From positions 580,727 through 644,726 of the forward strand of contig JAGWFT010000001.1 of NCBI GenBank assembly GCA_028867755.1: a stretch of DNA of 64,000 nucleotides, written 5' to 3'. Each line of letters opens with the position of its first letter. Position 1 is the stretch's first letter. Shown here piece by piece: positions 20,931-29,546 of this stretch. This stretch comes from Nitrososphaerota archaeon. Its GTDB lineage: Archaea; Thermoproteota; Nitrososphaeria; Nitrososphaerales; Nitrosopumilaceae. The position numbers and the translations under genes are program-made. The notes under the pieces are model-generated. The model was given only the letters and a program-made list of their open reading frames with translations. It ran no database searches and was not told the origin of the DNA.

Positions 20931-21900
20931 AGTAATAGATCAAGACATAACGAACGATTCGTATGGCACTTACTATGACAAAAGGTCGATAGAACAGCTA
21001 TTAAACTACGGTTTCATATTGCTGGATAAACCAAATGGTCCAACAAGTCATGAGGCTGTTGCATGGGTAAAAAAAATACTGAACATTCCAAAGGCAGGAC
21101 ATAGTGGAACTCTAGATCCTCAAGTGTCGGGAATTTTGCCAATTGGTTTTGGTGAGGCAACAAAATCATTGATAGTTCTTTTGCTTGGACCAAAAGAATA
21201 CCAGTCTTTGGGCAGGTTACACTCTTTGCCTTCCACGGAAAAACTAGATGAAGTGTTAAAATTGTTAACAGGAAAAATTTACCAAAAACCTCCACAACGA
21301 TCAGCTGTATCAAGACAAACCAGAATAAGACATGTTTATGAAATTGAAACTGTAGAACAAAAGGAACGACTCTTGCTTTTACGTATCTTGTGTGAAGCAG
21401 GAACATATATTAGAAAAATTTTTTATGATATGGGAGAAATTTTAGGACCTGGAGCCACAATGATAGAATTGAGAAGAACAAGAGTGGCACAATTCAATGA
21501 AGACTCTAACCTTGTGAGAATGCATGACCTTGTTGATGCATATGCACTATGGAAAGAAAAGAATGACGAATCCAAGATACGAAGAATACTCATGCCAATT
21601 GAATACTGTCTAAGCGAGATAAAATCAGTAGTCATAAGAGACTCTGCAGTGGATGCACTATGTCATGGAGCACAATTGGCAATTCCTGGAATTCTTGAAA
21701 TCTCACATGGGCTCAAGAAAGGGGACTTGGTTGGTGTTTATACGCAAAAAGGGGAGGTTGTAGCCCTTGCTGAAGCCATTATGCCAGAAGAAGAGATAGT
21801 TGAAAACACCAAAGGGTTTGCATTTCAGATAAAAAGAATCATCATGGCGCCTAACACCTATCCCAAAAGCTGGCGCTCAAAAGCAGTAGTTAACAATTAA
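20902..21900 (+). CDS. cbf5: H/ACA RNA-guided pseudouridine synthase Cbf5 (TruB family)
   Basis: DKPNGPTSHE, GHSGTLDP catalytic Asp, CEAGTYIR, PUA domain. Confidence 0.96.
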   Translation: MTLKQIENLRVIDQDITNDSYGTYYDKRSIEQLLNYGFILLDKPNGPTSHEAVAWVKKILNIPKAGHSGTLDPQVSGILPIGFGEATKSLIVLLLGPKEYQSLGRLHSLPSTEKLDEVLKLLTGKIYQKPPQRSAVSRQTRIRHVYEIETVEQKERLLLLRILCEAGTYIRKIFYDMGEILGPGATMIELRRTRVAQFNEDSNLVRMHDLVDAYALWKEKNDESKIRRILMPIEYCLSEIKSVVIRDSAVDALCHGAQLAIPGILEISHGLKKGDLVGVYTQKGEVVALAEAIMPEEEIVENTKGFAFQIKRIIMAPNTYPKSWRSKAVVNN

Positions 21901-21927
21901 AAAGGAATCAAATTCACCTTTTGAAAG

Positions 21928-22377
21928 TTGATTCCAAAAGGAGCTACGATTTGTTTTGTTGTAGGAGTAATAGGAGCAGGAATAATTGGGGCATTTTTGT
22001 TTCAAATTTCAAGCCAGGCACCAACTCTAGTCTACCAAAGTGGACCATCTCTTTCAGTAATACCAGATAAAATAAACTATCGACTAGGTGAACCAGTACA
22101 AATAAGGATAATTAATTCAGGAACTGCTCCTCTGACATTTTCTGACTCTTCGTTTGGATTGAAGATTAGAGGTCTTGATGGTACCATAATTTACTTGCCT
22201 ATATCTGCACAAATGGTCTCAACATTAAATTCTCATGAAGAGAAAATGTTTGTCTGGAATCAAACAAAGACAGATGGGAGCAAAGTTATTGAGGGTAGAT
22301 ATAAGATCGAGTCTAACACATCGCCAGACGCAGGCAATGTATTGAAAAAATCAGTTACAATAAACATCTTTCAGTGA
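21928..22377 (+). CDS. Single-pass membrane protein with an Ig-like (BsuPI-like) domain
   Basis: N-terminal TM, then a beta-rich domain (DKINYRLGEPV...FVWNQTKTDG..V.EGRY); family call is pattern-based. Confidence 0.6.
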   Translation: MIPKGATICFVVGVIGAGIIGAFLFQISSQAPTLVYQSGPSLSVIPDKINYRLGEPVQIRIINSGTAPLTFSDSSFGLKIRGLDGTIIYLPISAQMVSTLNSHEEKMFVWNQTKTDGSKVIEGRYKIESNTSPDAGNVLKKSVTINIFQ

Positions 22378-22420
22378 AATCATTGAAATCATGTGATGTA
22401 TCAATTAACGTAATAACTAA

Positions 22421-22448
22421 TCTAGCAATAACCTATATTATATAATTC
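22421..22448 (+). promoter_or_regulatory. Integrase TATA box overlapping a dif-like ATAA-N6-TTAT site
   Basis: TCTAGCAATAA-CCTATA-TTATATAATTC; TTATATAA lies 24-31 nt upstream of the ATG at 22469. Confidence 0.45.
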
Positions 22449-22468
22449 CAAGGCTATATGATGGTGTA

Positions 22469-23578
22469 ATGCAGAGAAGCACCCTACGCTTTGAGAATGC
22501 GATCAAATCAGAGCATACCAGAAAGATGTACAGGTACTACCTTGAAAACTTCAAGAAATTTGTAAAGATAAGAGAGGATGATGGACTGTTACAGCTCAAA
22601 GAATCATTCTTGCAGGAAGCTGTGGAAGATTTTCTGTTTGACCTGAAAAAGAAGATTTCTCCCAATTCTATTCCACAAAGATTCTCAGCCTTACAGCTTT
22701 TCTTTTCAATGAATGACAAAGTGCTGAACTGGGAAAAAATCAAAAAGATGTTTCCTGCTACAGTCAAAAGAACGGGCGGGGATGCATGGTCTACACAAGA
22801 CATAAAGAAAATGCTTGAGAGTACTAAAAGCAAACGAGAGAAGGCACTAATTCACTTTCTTGCATCTACAGGTTGCAGAATAGGAGCCATACCTGACATT
22901 AAATTAAAACACGTTTCAGATATTGAAAATTGTAAGACTGTCAAGATCTATGAGGGGACAACCGAGGAATACCATGTGTTTCTGACACCCGAGGCAAACG
23001 TAGCCTTGGATGAATATTTAAACAAACGAAAATCTGATGGCGAAATCTTGAGTTCTGATTCACCGCTCTTTAGACAAAGGTACAGACTTGGAGGGGCTAA
23101 AGTCAAGCCAGTCAACACGGTTTTGTTAAAGGCTAAGATGACTGATGTAATACATGCAGCCAATATTGAGAGGCTCAAACAAGGAAGGAGATACAGCATA
23201 CAATTGGACCATGGATTCAGAAAGAGATTCAACACCTTACTTAAGAATAATTCTATAGGCAATATTGCGTTAAAAGAAAAGCTGATGGGTCACAAAGGAG
23301 TTTTTGATCTGGATGGTAGATACCACAAACCAGACGTCAAGACTTTATTTGAAGAATTTAAGCTTCACATTACAAATTTGGTCATTAGTGACTCAGAAAG
23401 AGATAAACTAACTATTGCTAAATTATCAGCCGAAAAATCAGAATCCGATAAAAAAGCTATGAGAATTGCAGAACTAGAAGAACAGGTGGCTGCCGTGATT
23501 CATAAACTGGATTTAATCTCGGGAACAAAGAGTGAAGAGAGAAAACCGCCCTTCACAAATGAAAGCCAGCTAGATTAG
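22469..23578 (+). CDS. Tyrosine recombinase/integrase with C-terminal coiled coil
   Basis: Catalytic set R (STGCRIG), K (VKIYEG), HxxR (HGFR), H (LMGH), Y (GRYH). Confidence 0.95.
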   Translation: MQRSTLRFENAIKSEHTRKMYRYYLENFKKFVKIREDDGLLQLKESFLQEAVEDFLFDLKKKISPNSIPQRFSALQLFFSMNDKVLNWEKIKKMFPATVKRTGGDAWSTQDIKKMLESTKSKREKALIHFLASTGCRIGAIPDIKLKHVSDIENCKTVKIYEGTTEEYHVFLTPEANVALDEYLNKRKSDGEILSSDSPLFRQRYRLGGAKVKPVNTVLLKAKMTDVIHAANIERLKQGRRYSIQLDHGFRKRFNTLLKNNSIGNIALKEKLMGHKGVFDLDGRYHKPDVKTLFEEFKLHITNLVISDSERDKLTIAKLSAEKSESDKKAMRIAELEEQVAAVIHKLDLISGTKSEERKPPFTNESQLD

Positions 23579-24266
23579 CTTTATTCGAATGCCATATAGG
23601 TTCGAATCCAATCTGTCGGTCGTATTCTTTTGGTTGCTCCTCAGTTAAACCTGCTAAAAGAGATAGCCATCCCATCAATCTAGAATAATCTTCGTATGCA
23701 GACTTCCAGATTTGATTTCCAAATGAATACTGGCTAGATATTAAATGGTCCATCATGTCACCAACCACATTTAACATTTGATACATTATCCCAACCCTGA
23801 AATCTGTTGTTGGCTTTCCACCTCGTATTTTTCCATTAGGAATACTAACCATTGACATGACCAGCCTTGCAAGATTATTTTTTCTGAACTGGGTACTGTT
23901 AAATCGCATATTATTCCCGCTAAATTTGGCAGCTTCTGCAGCCTTTCGAGGATCTAGTAATTCAGCTACTTCATCCTCAAATGTTTCAGCTAATTTTTCA
24001 CTAACCGCTATTGATTCAAAAAAATATGTTAGATCAGCCATTGCAGGAAAAATAACAGTATCGAGAACGTATACTTTCATCCTGTCTAATTCCCGAATTT
24101 TCTTCTTTTCATCTGTTGAAAGTTCCTTGCCCGCCTTGGTCAGATTTTCCTTCTCTCGGTGTAATTGTAACCATTCTTGGACAAAGTTAACTAGCGTATC
24201 GTTAGGAATGTAACTTTTCATTTCACCAATCTTATGAACCTGCTTATTCATGTAACAGTAATTCAT
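23553..24266 (-). CDS. Hypothetical alpha-helical protein convergent with the integrase
   Basis: 237-aa ORF; true start probably a downstream Met; no family recognised. Confidence 0.7.
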   Translation of the reverse strand: MNYCYMNKQVHKIGEMKSYIPNDTLVNFVQEWLQLHREKENLTKAGKELSTDEKKKIRELDRMKVYVLDTVIFPAMADLTYFFESIAVSEKLAETFEDEVAELLDPRKAAEAAKFSGNNMRFNSTQFRKNNLARLVMSMVSIPNGKIRGGKPTTDFRVGIMYQMLNVVGDMMDHLISSQYSFGNQIWKSAYEDYSRLMGWLSLLAGLTEEQPKEYDRQIGFEPIWHSNKANLAGFHL

Positions 24267-24276
24267 TATGTTACAT
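24250..24276. promoter_or_regulatory. Inverted repeat between divergent genes (candidate operator or recombination site)
   Basis: ATGTAACA-G-TAAT-TC-ATTA-TGTTACAT: perfect 8-bp arms plus a 4-bp inner stem. Confidence 0.55.
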
Positions 24277-24295
24277 ATATCTATTATTATATTGA

Positions 24296-24472
24296 ATGCA
24301 AGAAAATGCTGACAATAAAGAGATCGTAAAGACCTGGCTCACTGGCAACAGTTCCTGTACGCTTGTAATCCCAAAAAGGTTTGCGATAGAATACGGTCTT
24401 GACAAGCCAGCCCATGTAATTATAGAGAAAAGATCTGACGGTTTGCTGGTCCGAAAGCTGGATGTGATCTAA
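24296..24472 (+). CDS. AbrB/MazE/SpoVT swapped-hairpin DNA-binding protein (58 aa; not in the ORF track)
   Basis: Manual translation MQENADNKEIVKTWLTGNSSCTLVIPKRFAIEYGLDKPAHVIIEKRSDGLLVRKLDVI; G.S..LVIPK..A...GL pattern; TAA abuts the next ATG. Confidence 0.82.
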   Translation: MQENADNKEIVKTWLTGNSSCTLVIPKRFAIEYGLDKPAHVIIEKRSDGLLVRKLDVI

Positions 24473-24685
24473 ATGCAGCCATCGAATCTTGACAAGCTTA
24501 GAAAATGCTGTGAAAACCAGAAAACCTATCTTATCGTATATGATGGCGGACCCACTCCAGATCTTCCAGTATTAGTTTGTCAGTCGTGTTATGACAGTTT
24601 TCCAGTATTTCAGAAATTCATAAAATCAAAACAATTCGTTGAAGATTCTTCGAATCAAAAAATGCCAACCCATTCTGTAAAGTGA
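24473..24685 (+). CDS. Small putative Zn-binding protein
   Basis: KCC...VCQSC; translationally coupled between the AbrB-like gene and Rep. Confidence 0.65.
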   Translation: MQPSNLDKLRKCCENQKTYLIVYDGGPTPDLPVLVCQSCYDSFPVFQKFIKSKQFVEDSSNQKMPTHSVK

Positions 24686-24691
24686 CAAAAA

Positions 24692-25672
24692 ATGAAATCA
24701 GAAAATGAAACTTTGATAAAATATTTCCGTCCTGCCTCTAAGCAAAGTACTCAGATTCTAGCAGCAGTAGCAGCATTTGTTGCAGACCACAAGTTTATGA
24801 CAAATTGGATGACAATAGAACGTGACGGATGGAATCTTCCATGCACTCTTGATAAATATGACTGGTGTGGTCTATGGGTAACTTTTGGTTGTCTGAAAGA
24901 TAGACTACATGAAATGTTAGGAAAGGGAAGACGGGTTTACATAAAGCAATACCAACGATCATGTTATAGATCATCTTGCATGGAATGTTATCTTAAATGG
25001 ATAGCAAGACAGGCAAATAGGGCAACTAGAAGAATTGAAGAATATGCCAAGCTAACAGGTCAAAAACCAGTTCATCTAATGCTCATGGTCAATCCTTCAC
25101 AATATGATCTTCCCTATGACTTGCTAAGAAAACGTATGATGGAGATACTCAAGATAGCTCAATGGGAAGGCGGGGCAGTTATCTTTCATCCCTTCAAATT
25201 CAATGAATCTTCCAGGGATTGGTATTATGCACCTCACTTTCATCTAGTAGGGTTTGGAGAAAAGGATAGAATTGCAAGAGCCTTTGGAAGGTACAAATGG
25301 TATGTGAAAATAGCAGAGGAAAGAAAATCAGTCTTTCAGACGTTCTGTTACCTTCTCTCACATTGCGGCATAAGAAAGAAACACCATACGGTAACTTGGA
25401 TAATGGGTTTATCATATAGCAAAGTACCTTCTGAAAAAGAGCCAAAAAACACGTGTTGCCCTGCCTGCGGAGGCGAATTTGTGCCTGTGTATTACGATGG
25501 AGTACATCCTATTGTGACCTCAGAGCGGCATTTTGAGGGTCTGGTGGACTCAGACGGGCATTGGAAGACAGTGGAAACTGGAAAATGGATTGGGAATGAA
25601 GATAATAGATTCGATTATGCCCCATTTAGAGATCTAAATGAAGTATTGAAATCATTGACAGTATCAAATTAA
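24692..25672 (+). CDS. Putative HUH-superfamily rolling-circle replication initiator (Rep)
   Basis: Motif I-like HLMLMV, HUH motif PHFHLVG, motif III-like FCYLLSHCG with a single Tyr; Cys clusters (SCYRSSCMEC, CCPACG). Confidence 0.78.
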   Translation: MKSENETLIKYFRPASKQSTQILAAVAAFVADHKFMTNWMTIERDGWNLPCTLDKYDWCGLWVTFGCLKDRLHEMLGKGRRVYIKQYQRSCYRSSCMECYLKWIARQANRATRRIEEYAKLTGQKPVHLMLMVNPSQYDLPYDLLRKRMMEILKIAQWEGGAVIFHPFKFNESSRDWYYAPHFHLVGFGEKDRIARAFGRYKWYVKIAEERKSVFQTFCYLLSHCGIRKKHHTVTWIMGLSYSKVPSEKEPKNTCCPACGGEFVPVYYDGVHPIVTSERHFEGLVDSDGHWKTVETGKWIGNEDNRFDYAPFRDLNEVLKSLTVSN

Positions 25673-25755
25673 TTGTTCTAGAAATCTTTTTCATATAATG
25701 AGAAAACCGCAATAGACTGTGACATTAGCCAAATAATTTTAACCAAGGTTTGTCT

Positions 25756-26256
25756 TTATTGCAGTCGAATTGTTGAGTATATCCATTTGTTTCTTGTAAT
25801 CCAATATATTCTCAATACAAACACAAATGCAATTGCTTCTGCCAAGACAATCCCAGTAGGTAAAAATAATGTTGATAGTTGTATTATTGAACCAACTATG
25901 AGTAATGTAAGTGCTGATGATTCAAGTGAGGCACTATGAATTGCCTTTAACCATCTATTTGTATTCGATGTGTATGTCACAACATATTTTTTATGCTTTA
26001 GAATTAATTGGAATACACCTATAGCCAATAATATCCAAATCAGATGGTAAGTATTGACATTACCTAATACTGTATTCAATAGAATTATGCTTTGATTTGG
26101 AAATACAAAATGACCTGCAGTTAAACCGCTTATTACAGCTACGTATATTGTTACTATGTTCGAAAAAGTGTCTTTTATGAGTGGAATTGCCTTTGTAGTA
26201 ATCAAATATTTGATAATTGTATAGATGACGTATATGGCATATCTGAATTTTCCCAT
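25756..26256 (-). CDS. Hypothetical multi-pass membrane protein
   Basis: About 4-5 hydrophobic segments; AT-rich. Confidence 0.6.
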   Translation of the reverse strand: MGKFRYAIYVIYTIIKYLITTKAIPLIKDTFSNIVTIYVAVISGLTAGHFVFPNQSIILLNTVLGNVNTYHLIWILLAIGVFQLILKHKKYVVTYTSNTNRWLKAIHSASLESSALTLLIVGSIIQLSTLFLPTGIVLAEAIAFVFVLRIYWITRNKWIYSTIRLQ

Positions 26257-26411
26257 ACTTATTGAATGTGGTACAACCTAAAAAAATCTTCTATCATACA
26301 ATATTGTAACTTCTTCGAAAATATCAAAGGCATAATCTAATACCTATTCAGCAGCAGTAAAATAGAGTTGTTTGCTTTTCGGGTTTCATTTCTTTTAGGT
26401 AGATGAATGAA

Positions 26412-26891
26412 TTAACCTGATTTTGGTTTGGATTCTTTCATTAATTTGTACATGTCTGATAGTAAATTTTCAATATTTTCCAGTTTCTGATATATTGGTT
26501 CAGGTTGTGGCATGATGGGATTTTTTCTAGCTTTTCTTGCTAATCTATCCACTGAGAAGAGGCTGAGCAATAGAATGGCTATTGTTATTATGCCACTAAT
26601 AAAATTGAAATCGTAAACAATGAAACCTATGCTAGTTAGCAATAATCCAATTCCTACTATTGTCAAACCTGCAACCGTGTTAGAGTATGTGCTTCCTTTT
26701 GGAATTCTACCTGTTGTTACATTAAGACGAGCTATAGTAGCAACCAAGAACAGTATAGCTGCTATGCCGAGAAATGTAAGCACGGCTACATTTTTTGAAT
26801 CCGCTTGAAGTAAGAAAAATAGTGCGGTTAATGTTGTTCCAGCTAAGAATGCAAATGCCGTAAAATGGGGGTCATGTGTAGAATTTTCCAA
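26412..26891 (-). CDS. Hypothetical 4-TM membrane protein with a short C-terminal coiled tail
   Basis: Four hydrophobic segments, then QKLENIENLLSDMYKLMKE. Confidence 0.65.
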   Translation of the reverse strand: MENSTHDPHFTAFAFLAGTTLTALFFLLQADSKNVAVLTFLGIAAILFLVATIARLNVTTGRIPKGSTYSNTVAGLTIVGIGLLLTSIGFIVYDFNFISGIITIAILLLSLFSVDRLARKARKNPIMPQPEPIYQKLENIENLLSDMYKLMKESKPKSG

Positions 26892-27035
26892 GTTGTCCTG
26901 TCTGATTTTTACCTGTGTTTTGAATTAAGGTTATCCATCTATTTACGTGGGTCTTGCTGCAAAAGGAGTAAGTATTGAACTAAAGTCACCTATGCACTAG
27001 AAAGTTTATTCGACCAGACACCAAAGAATATTGAA

Positions 27036-27866
27036 TTGAGTAAACTTGGATTTCTATTTTGTCTTGATTACGTTATTGTAAAAAATAGAACAAAAAATGC
27101 AAGAATAGTATCTAGTAAAGTAAAACCAAAAAAAATGAATCCAATGAAGATTTTTGTTATGAAATTTTCTCAGATACCTCTGATTGTTTTCAAAGAAGGT
27201 CACGTTGTAATTGGAACAGATGATGAAGAAAAAGCATATACGATTTCAAATATCATAAAATCTAATCTAGCTAATTTTCAATGCTATCCTTCTGGAATCA
27301 AGGTACGGAAACTTATTGAGGTTTATTATGATTCTAATTTTAATTGCAATTTTTCCAATTTCTCATCGGATCCCTGTGGAGTGGTAAAGGGGGAAATTAC
27401 AGAAAAAGAATTGATGGAAGCTATTATAGAATCAGGCAAAATCTACAAAAATAAAGAATTAATGGAAGAATTATTGCTCTTGACGGATTCTCGTGAGCAT
27501 CTAAACAACAGAGACTATGCCGCTTCTTTCCTATTTTCATGGTTAATTCTAGAGAGAAAAATATTCAGTGATTGGGATTACAAAATTAAAAGTCTCAAAT
27601 TATCTAATGATAGAACCAGTCAATTCCTAAATCATAAGAGAGAGTGGTCACTTGGTCGTGTTCTTGAGATCAGTAATCTTTTAGGCATAATATCGAATGA
27701 AAAGTATCAAACATTAGCAAAATTCAGAGATATTAGAAATAACTTGGCACATGGATTTCTTAAAGTGGAAAGAGACGACGCAAAAAAATGTTTTGCAATG
27801 GCTGATTTTGAATTATCCAACAAGATGTTATTGCTCAAATCACCTAAAGCGGAAAGGACTGTTTGA
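27036..27866 (+). CDS. HEPN-domain protein (putative RNase)
   Basis: C-terminal RNNLAH (Rx4H) preceded by ASFLFSWLILE...LGII, a typical HEPN helix pattern. Confidence 0.7.
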   Translation: MSKLGFLFCLDYVIVKNRTKNARIVSSKVKPKKMNPMKIFVMKFSQIPLIVFKEGHVVIGTDDEEKAYTISNIIKSNLANFQCYPSGIKVRKLIEVYYDSNFNCNFSNFSSDPCGVVKGEITEKELMEAIIESGKIYKNKELMEELLLLTDSREHLNNRDYAASFLFSWLILERKIFSDWDYKIKSLKLSNDRTSQFLNHKREWSLGRVLEISNLLGIISNEKYQTLAKFRDIRNNLAHGFLKVERDDAKKCFAMADFELSNKMLLLKSPKAERTV

Positions 27867-27916
27867 ATTTGGTAAAAATGATCAAGTTAATGAAATGGTA
27901 ACACGATGAATGCCTA

Positions 27917-29470
27917 TTGCAAAAACGGGCTCTAATAACGGTAGTAATTGTAGTCGTAATTATAGTAGTATTAATCCCAGTTGGATATGGATTGGCACAG
28001 CGAGCTACAGTTACAAGCCTGAAATTTCATTTCAACAGGGCAGAACTTGCAAATGTTGATTTCTCCCAGACTCAAACAATCGGCAATTTAGAACAGTTGT
28101 ATAATAATATCCAAAACCCGTCCCTTGGGACCCTATCGGAGGTAGCCTCGATAGAATCTGCCGTTCCTTCTGAATCAACAATAATGTTTGACTTGTTAGC
28201 AAATACGAGATATACTTTCAACGTCTACGTGGATGTATCAAATCCTTCATTCATACCTGTCGTAATTGACAAAGAAGACATCAAGGTATCAATTAGTGGT
28301 CACGAGTTACCAGGGGATGTTACAATACCACAACAGATTACAGTTCCAGCTGGAGGATCGACCACAGTAGAATTGGAAGGAATAACAGCAAGTGGGAGAG
28401 ACATAGCAGATGTTCTTGCTAATTCCATAAGCAATGACTATGTTCTTGATTTCAATTTTGCAATAACTAGTTTTTATCCTACCTTATTTGGAGAGGTCCA
28501 AATTCCTGCTGACATTGATCTGATAACTTATCCGATTCCTCCAAAGCCAACTCTCTCTAACTTTCAACAAGACGGGTACAATGTAAATTCCTACACATTA
28601 TCATTTCAAAATTCAAACAATATTCCTATTGAAGGACAGATGCAAGTTGGGGTAATGAAGGGAAATTCCTATGGGTGTGATCCAGCCTGTATAGTGCCAG
28701 TGGATAGTGGATTGGGCACATTTCTGCGAATAACGGGAAGTGATCTGTTTGGAATTCAAGTCTTTGAAGCAAACTACAATCCATCGCCTGAACAAACGTT
28801 TTCTATGAATATACAAAATCCAACATTGAGAAACAACGCAAATTCTGCATTTATCATGAGATGGGTTCCAACCTTTGATACTATTCCTTATACCGCAACA
28901 ATTACCATTGCTGGAGTGCCAGAAACGTCACAGGGTGAATTTCATTCATCAACATTTAGCACGATTCGAGATGTGGTATACAATTTAGGAAGAGATTTTG
29001 GATATGTTGGGTCTAGAGAATTTGTATCTCCTACCATTGAAACCGCACAAACGCCAAGCTCCGCTTTGTCAAATACCATAAACTCTATTCTGAACGGAGT
29101 CTCATCAGCTCCCCAACTTCCTCCAGTTCAGAGTTCTGGCACACAAATAGTAAACGGAGTATACAACGTTCCTCCTGGAAGATATCAATACTTTACATTT
29201 ACCTCTTCCTGTACTGGCACTCTATCGGGAAGCTTTGCCGCACAAGCTACATTAGGAAATAACATTGTTACATACGTACTCGATCAAGCTGGTTTTAATC
29301 AATTTCAAGCTGGAAATTCTGCCTCAACCTACTATAACAGCGGAAAAATTTCATCGGGAAGTTTTCATGTATCTCTCGGAACTGGTACCTACTACATAAT
29401 ATTATCAAACACATATTCAATAATCTCAACTAAAACCGTCGATGTGCAAGCTTATTACAGTTGTAATTGA
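27917..29470 (+). CDS. Membrane-anchored surface protein with an LEA_2/WHy-like domain and a C-terminal jelly-roll
   Basis: N-terminal TM; VDVSNPSFIPVVID...I.G..L...TVPAGGSTTVEL (LEA_2 pattern); C-terminal V.PG.YQY.....GTYYIILSN beta domain. Confidence 0.6.
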   Translation: MQKRALITVVIVVVIIVVLIPVGYGLAQRATVTSLKFHFNRAELANVDFSQTQTIGNLEQLYNNIQNPSLGTLSEVASIESAVPSESTIMFDLLANTRYTFNVYVDVSNPSFIPVVIDKEDIKVSISGHELPGDVTIPQQITVPAGGSTTVELEGITASGRDIADVLANSISNDYVLDFNFAITSFYPTLFGEVQIPADIDLITYPIPPKPTLSNFQQDGYNVNSYTLSFQNSNNIPIEGQMQVGVMKGNSYGCDPACIVPVDSGLGTFLRITGSDLFGIQVFEANYNPSPEQTFSMNIQNPTLRNNANSAFIMRWVPTFDTIPYTATITIAGVPETSQGEFHSSTFSTIRDVVYNLGRDFGYVGSREFVSPTIETAQTPSSALSNTINSILNGVSSAPQLPPVQSSGTQIVNGVYNVPPGRYQYFTFTSSCTGTLSGSFAAQATLGNNIVTYVLDQAGFNQFQAGNSASTYYNSGKISSGSFHVSLGTGTYYIILSNTYSIISTKTVDVQAYYSCN

Positions 29471-29546
29471 TTTATGCTTCCTCATTTCTTGCCAATGTGT
29501 TCTGGAATATTGATGAAGCCATGCAAATTTCCATAAATCTTTTAAA

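Noticed and set aside
25695-25716. Hairpin TTTTTCAT-ATA-ATGAGAAA after Rep as a rolling-circle nick site
   Set aside because: The stem is weak and AT-only with no recognisable nick consensus; it could equally be a terminator.
26920-27036. Possible frameshifted N-terminal extension of the HEPN gene (GYPSIYVGLAAK...SP / YALESLFDQ)
   Set aside because: The open stretches are only about 20 codons, with no start codon or slippery site; not distinguishable from chance without homologues.
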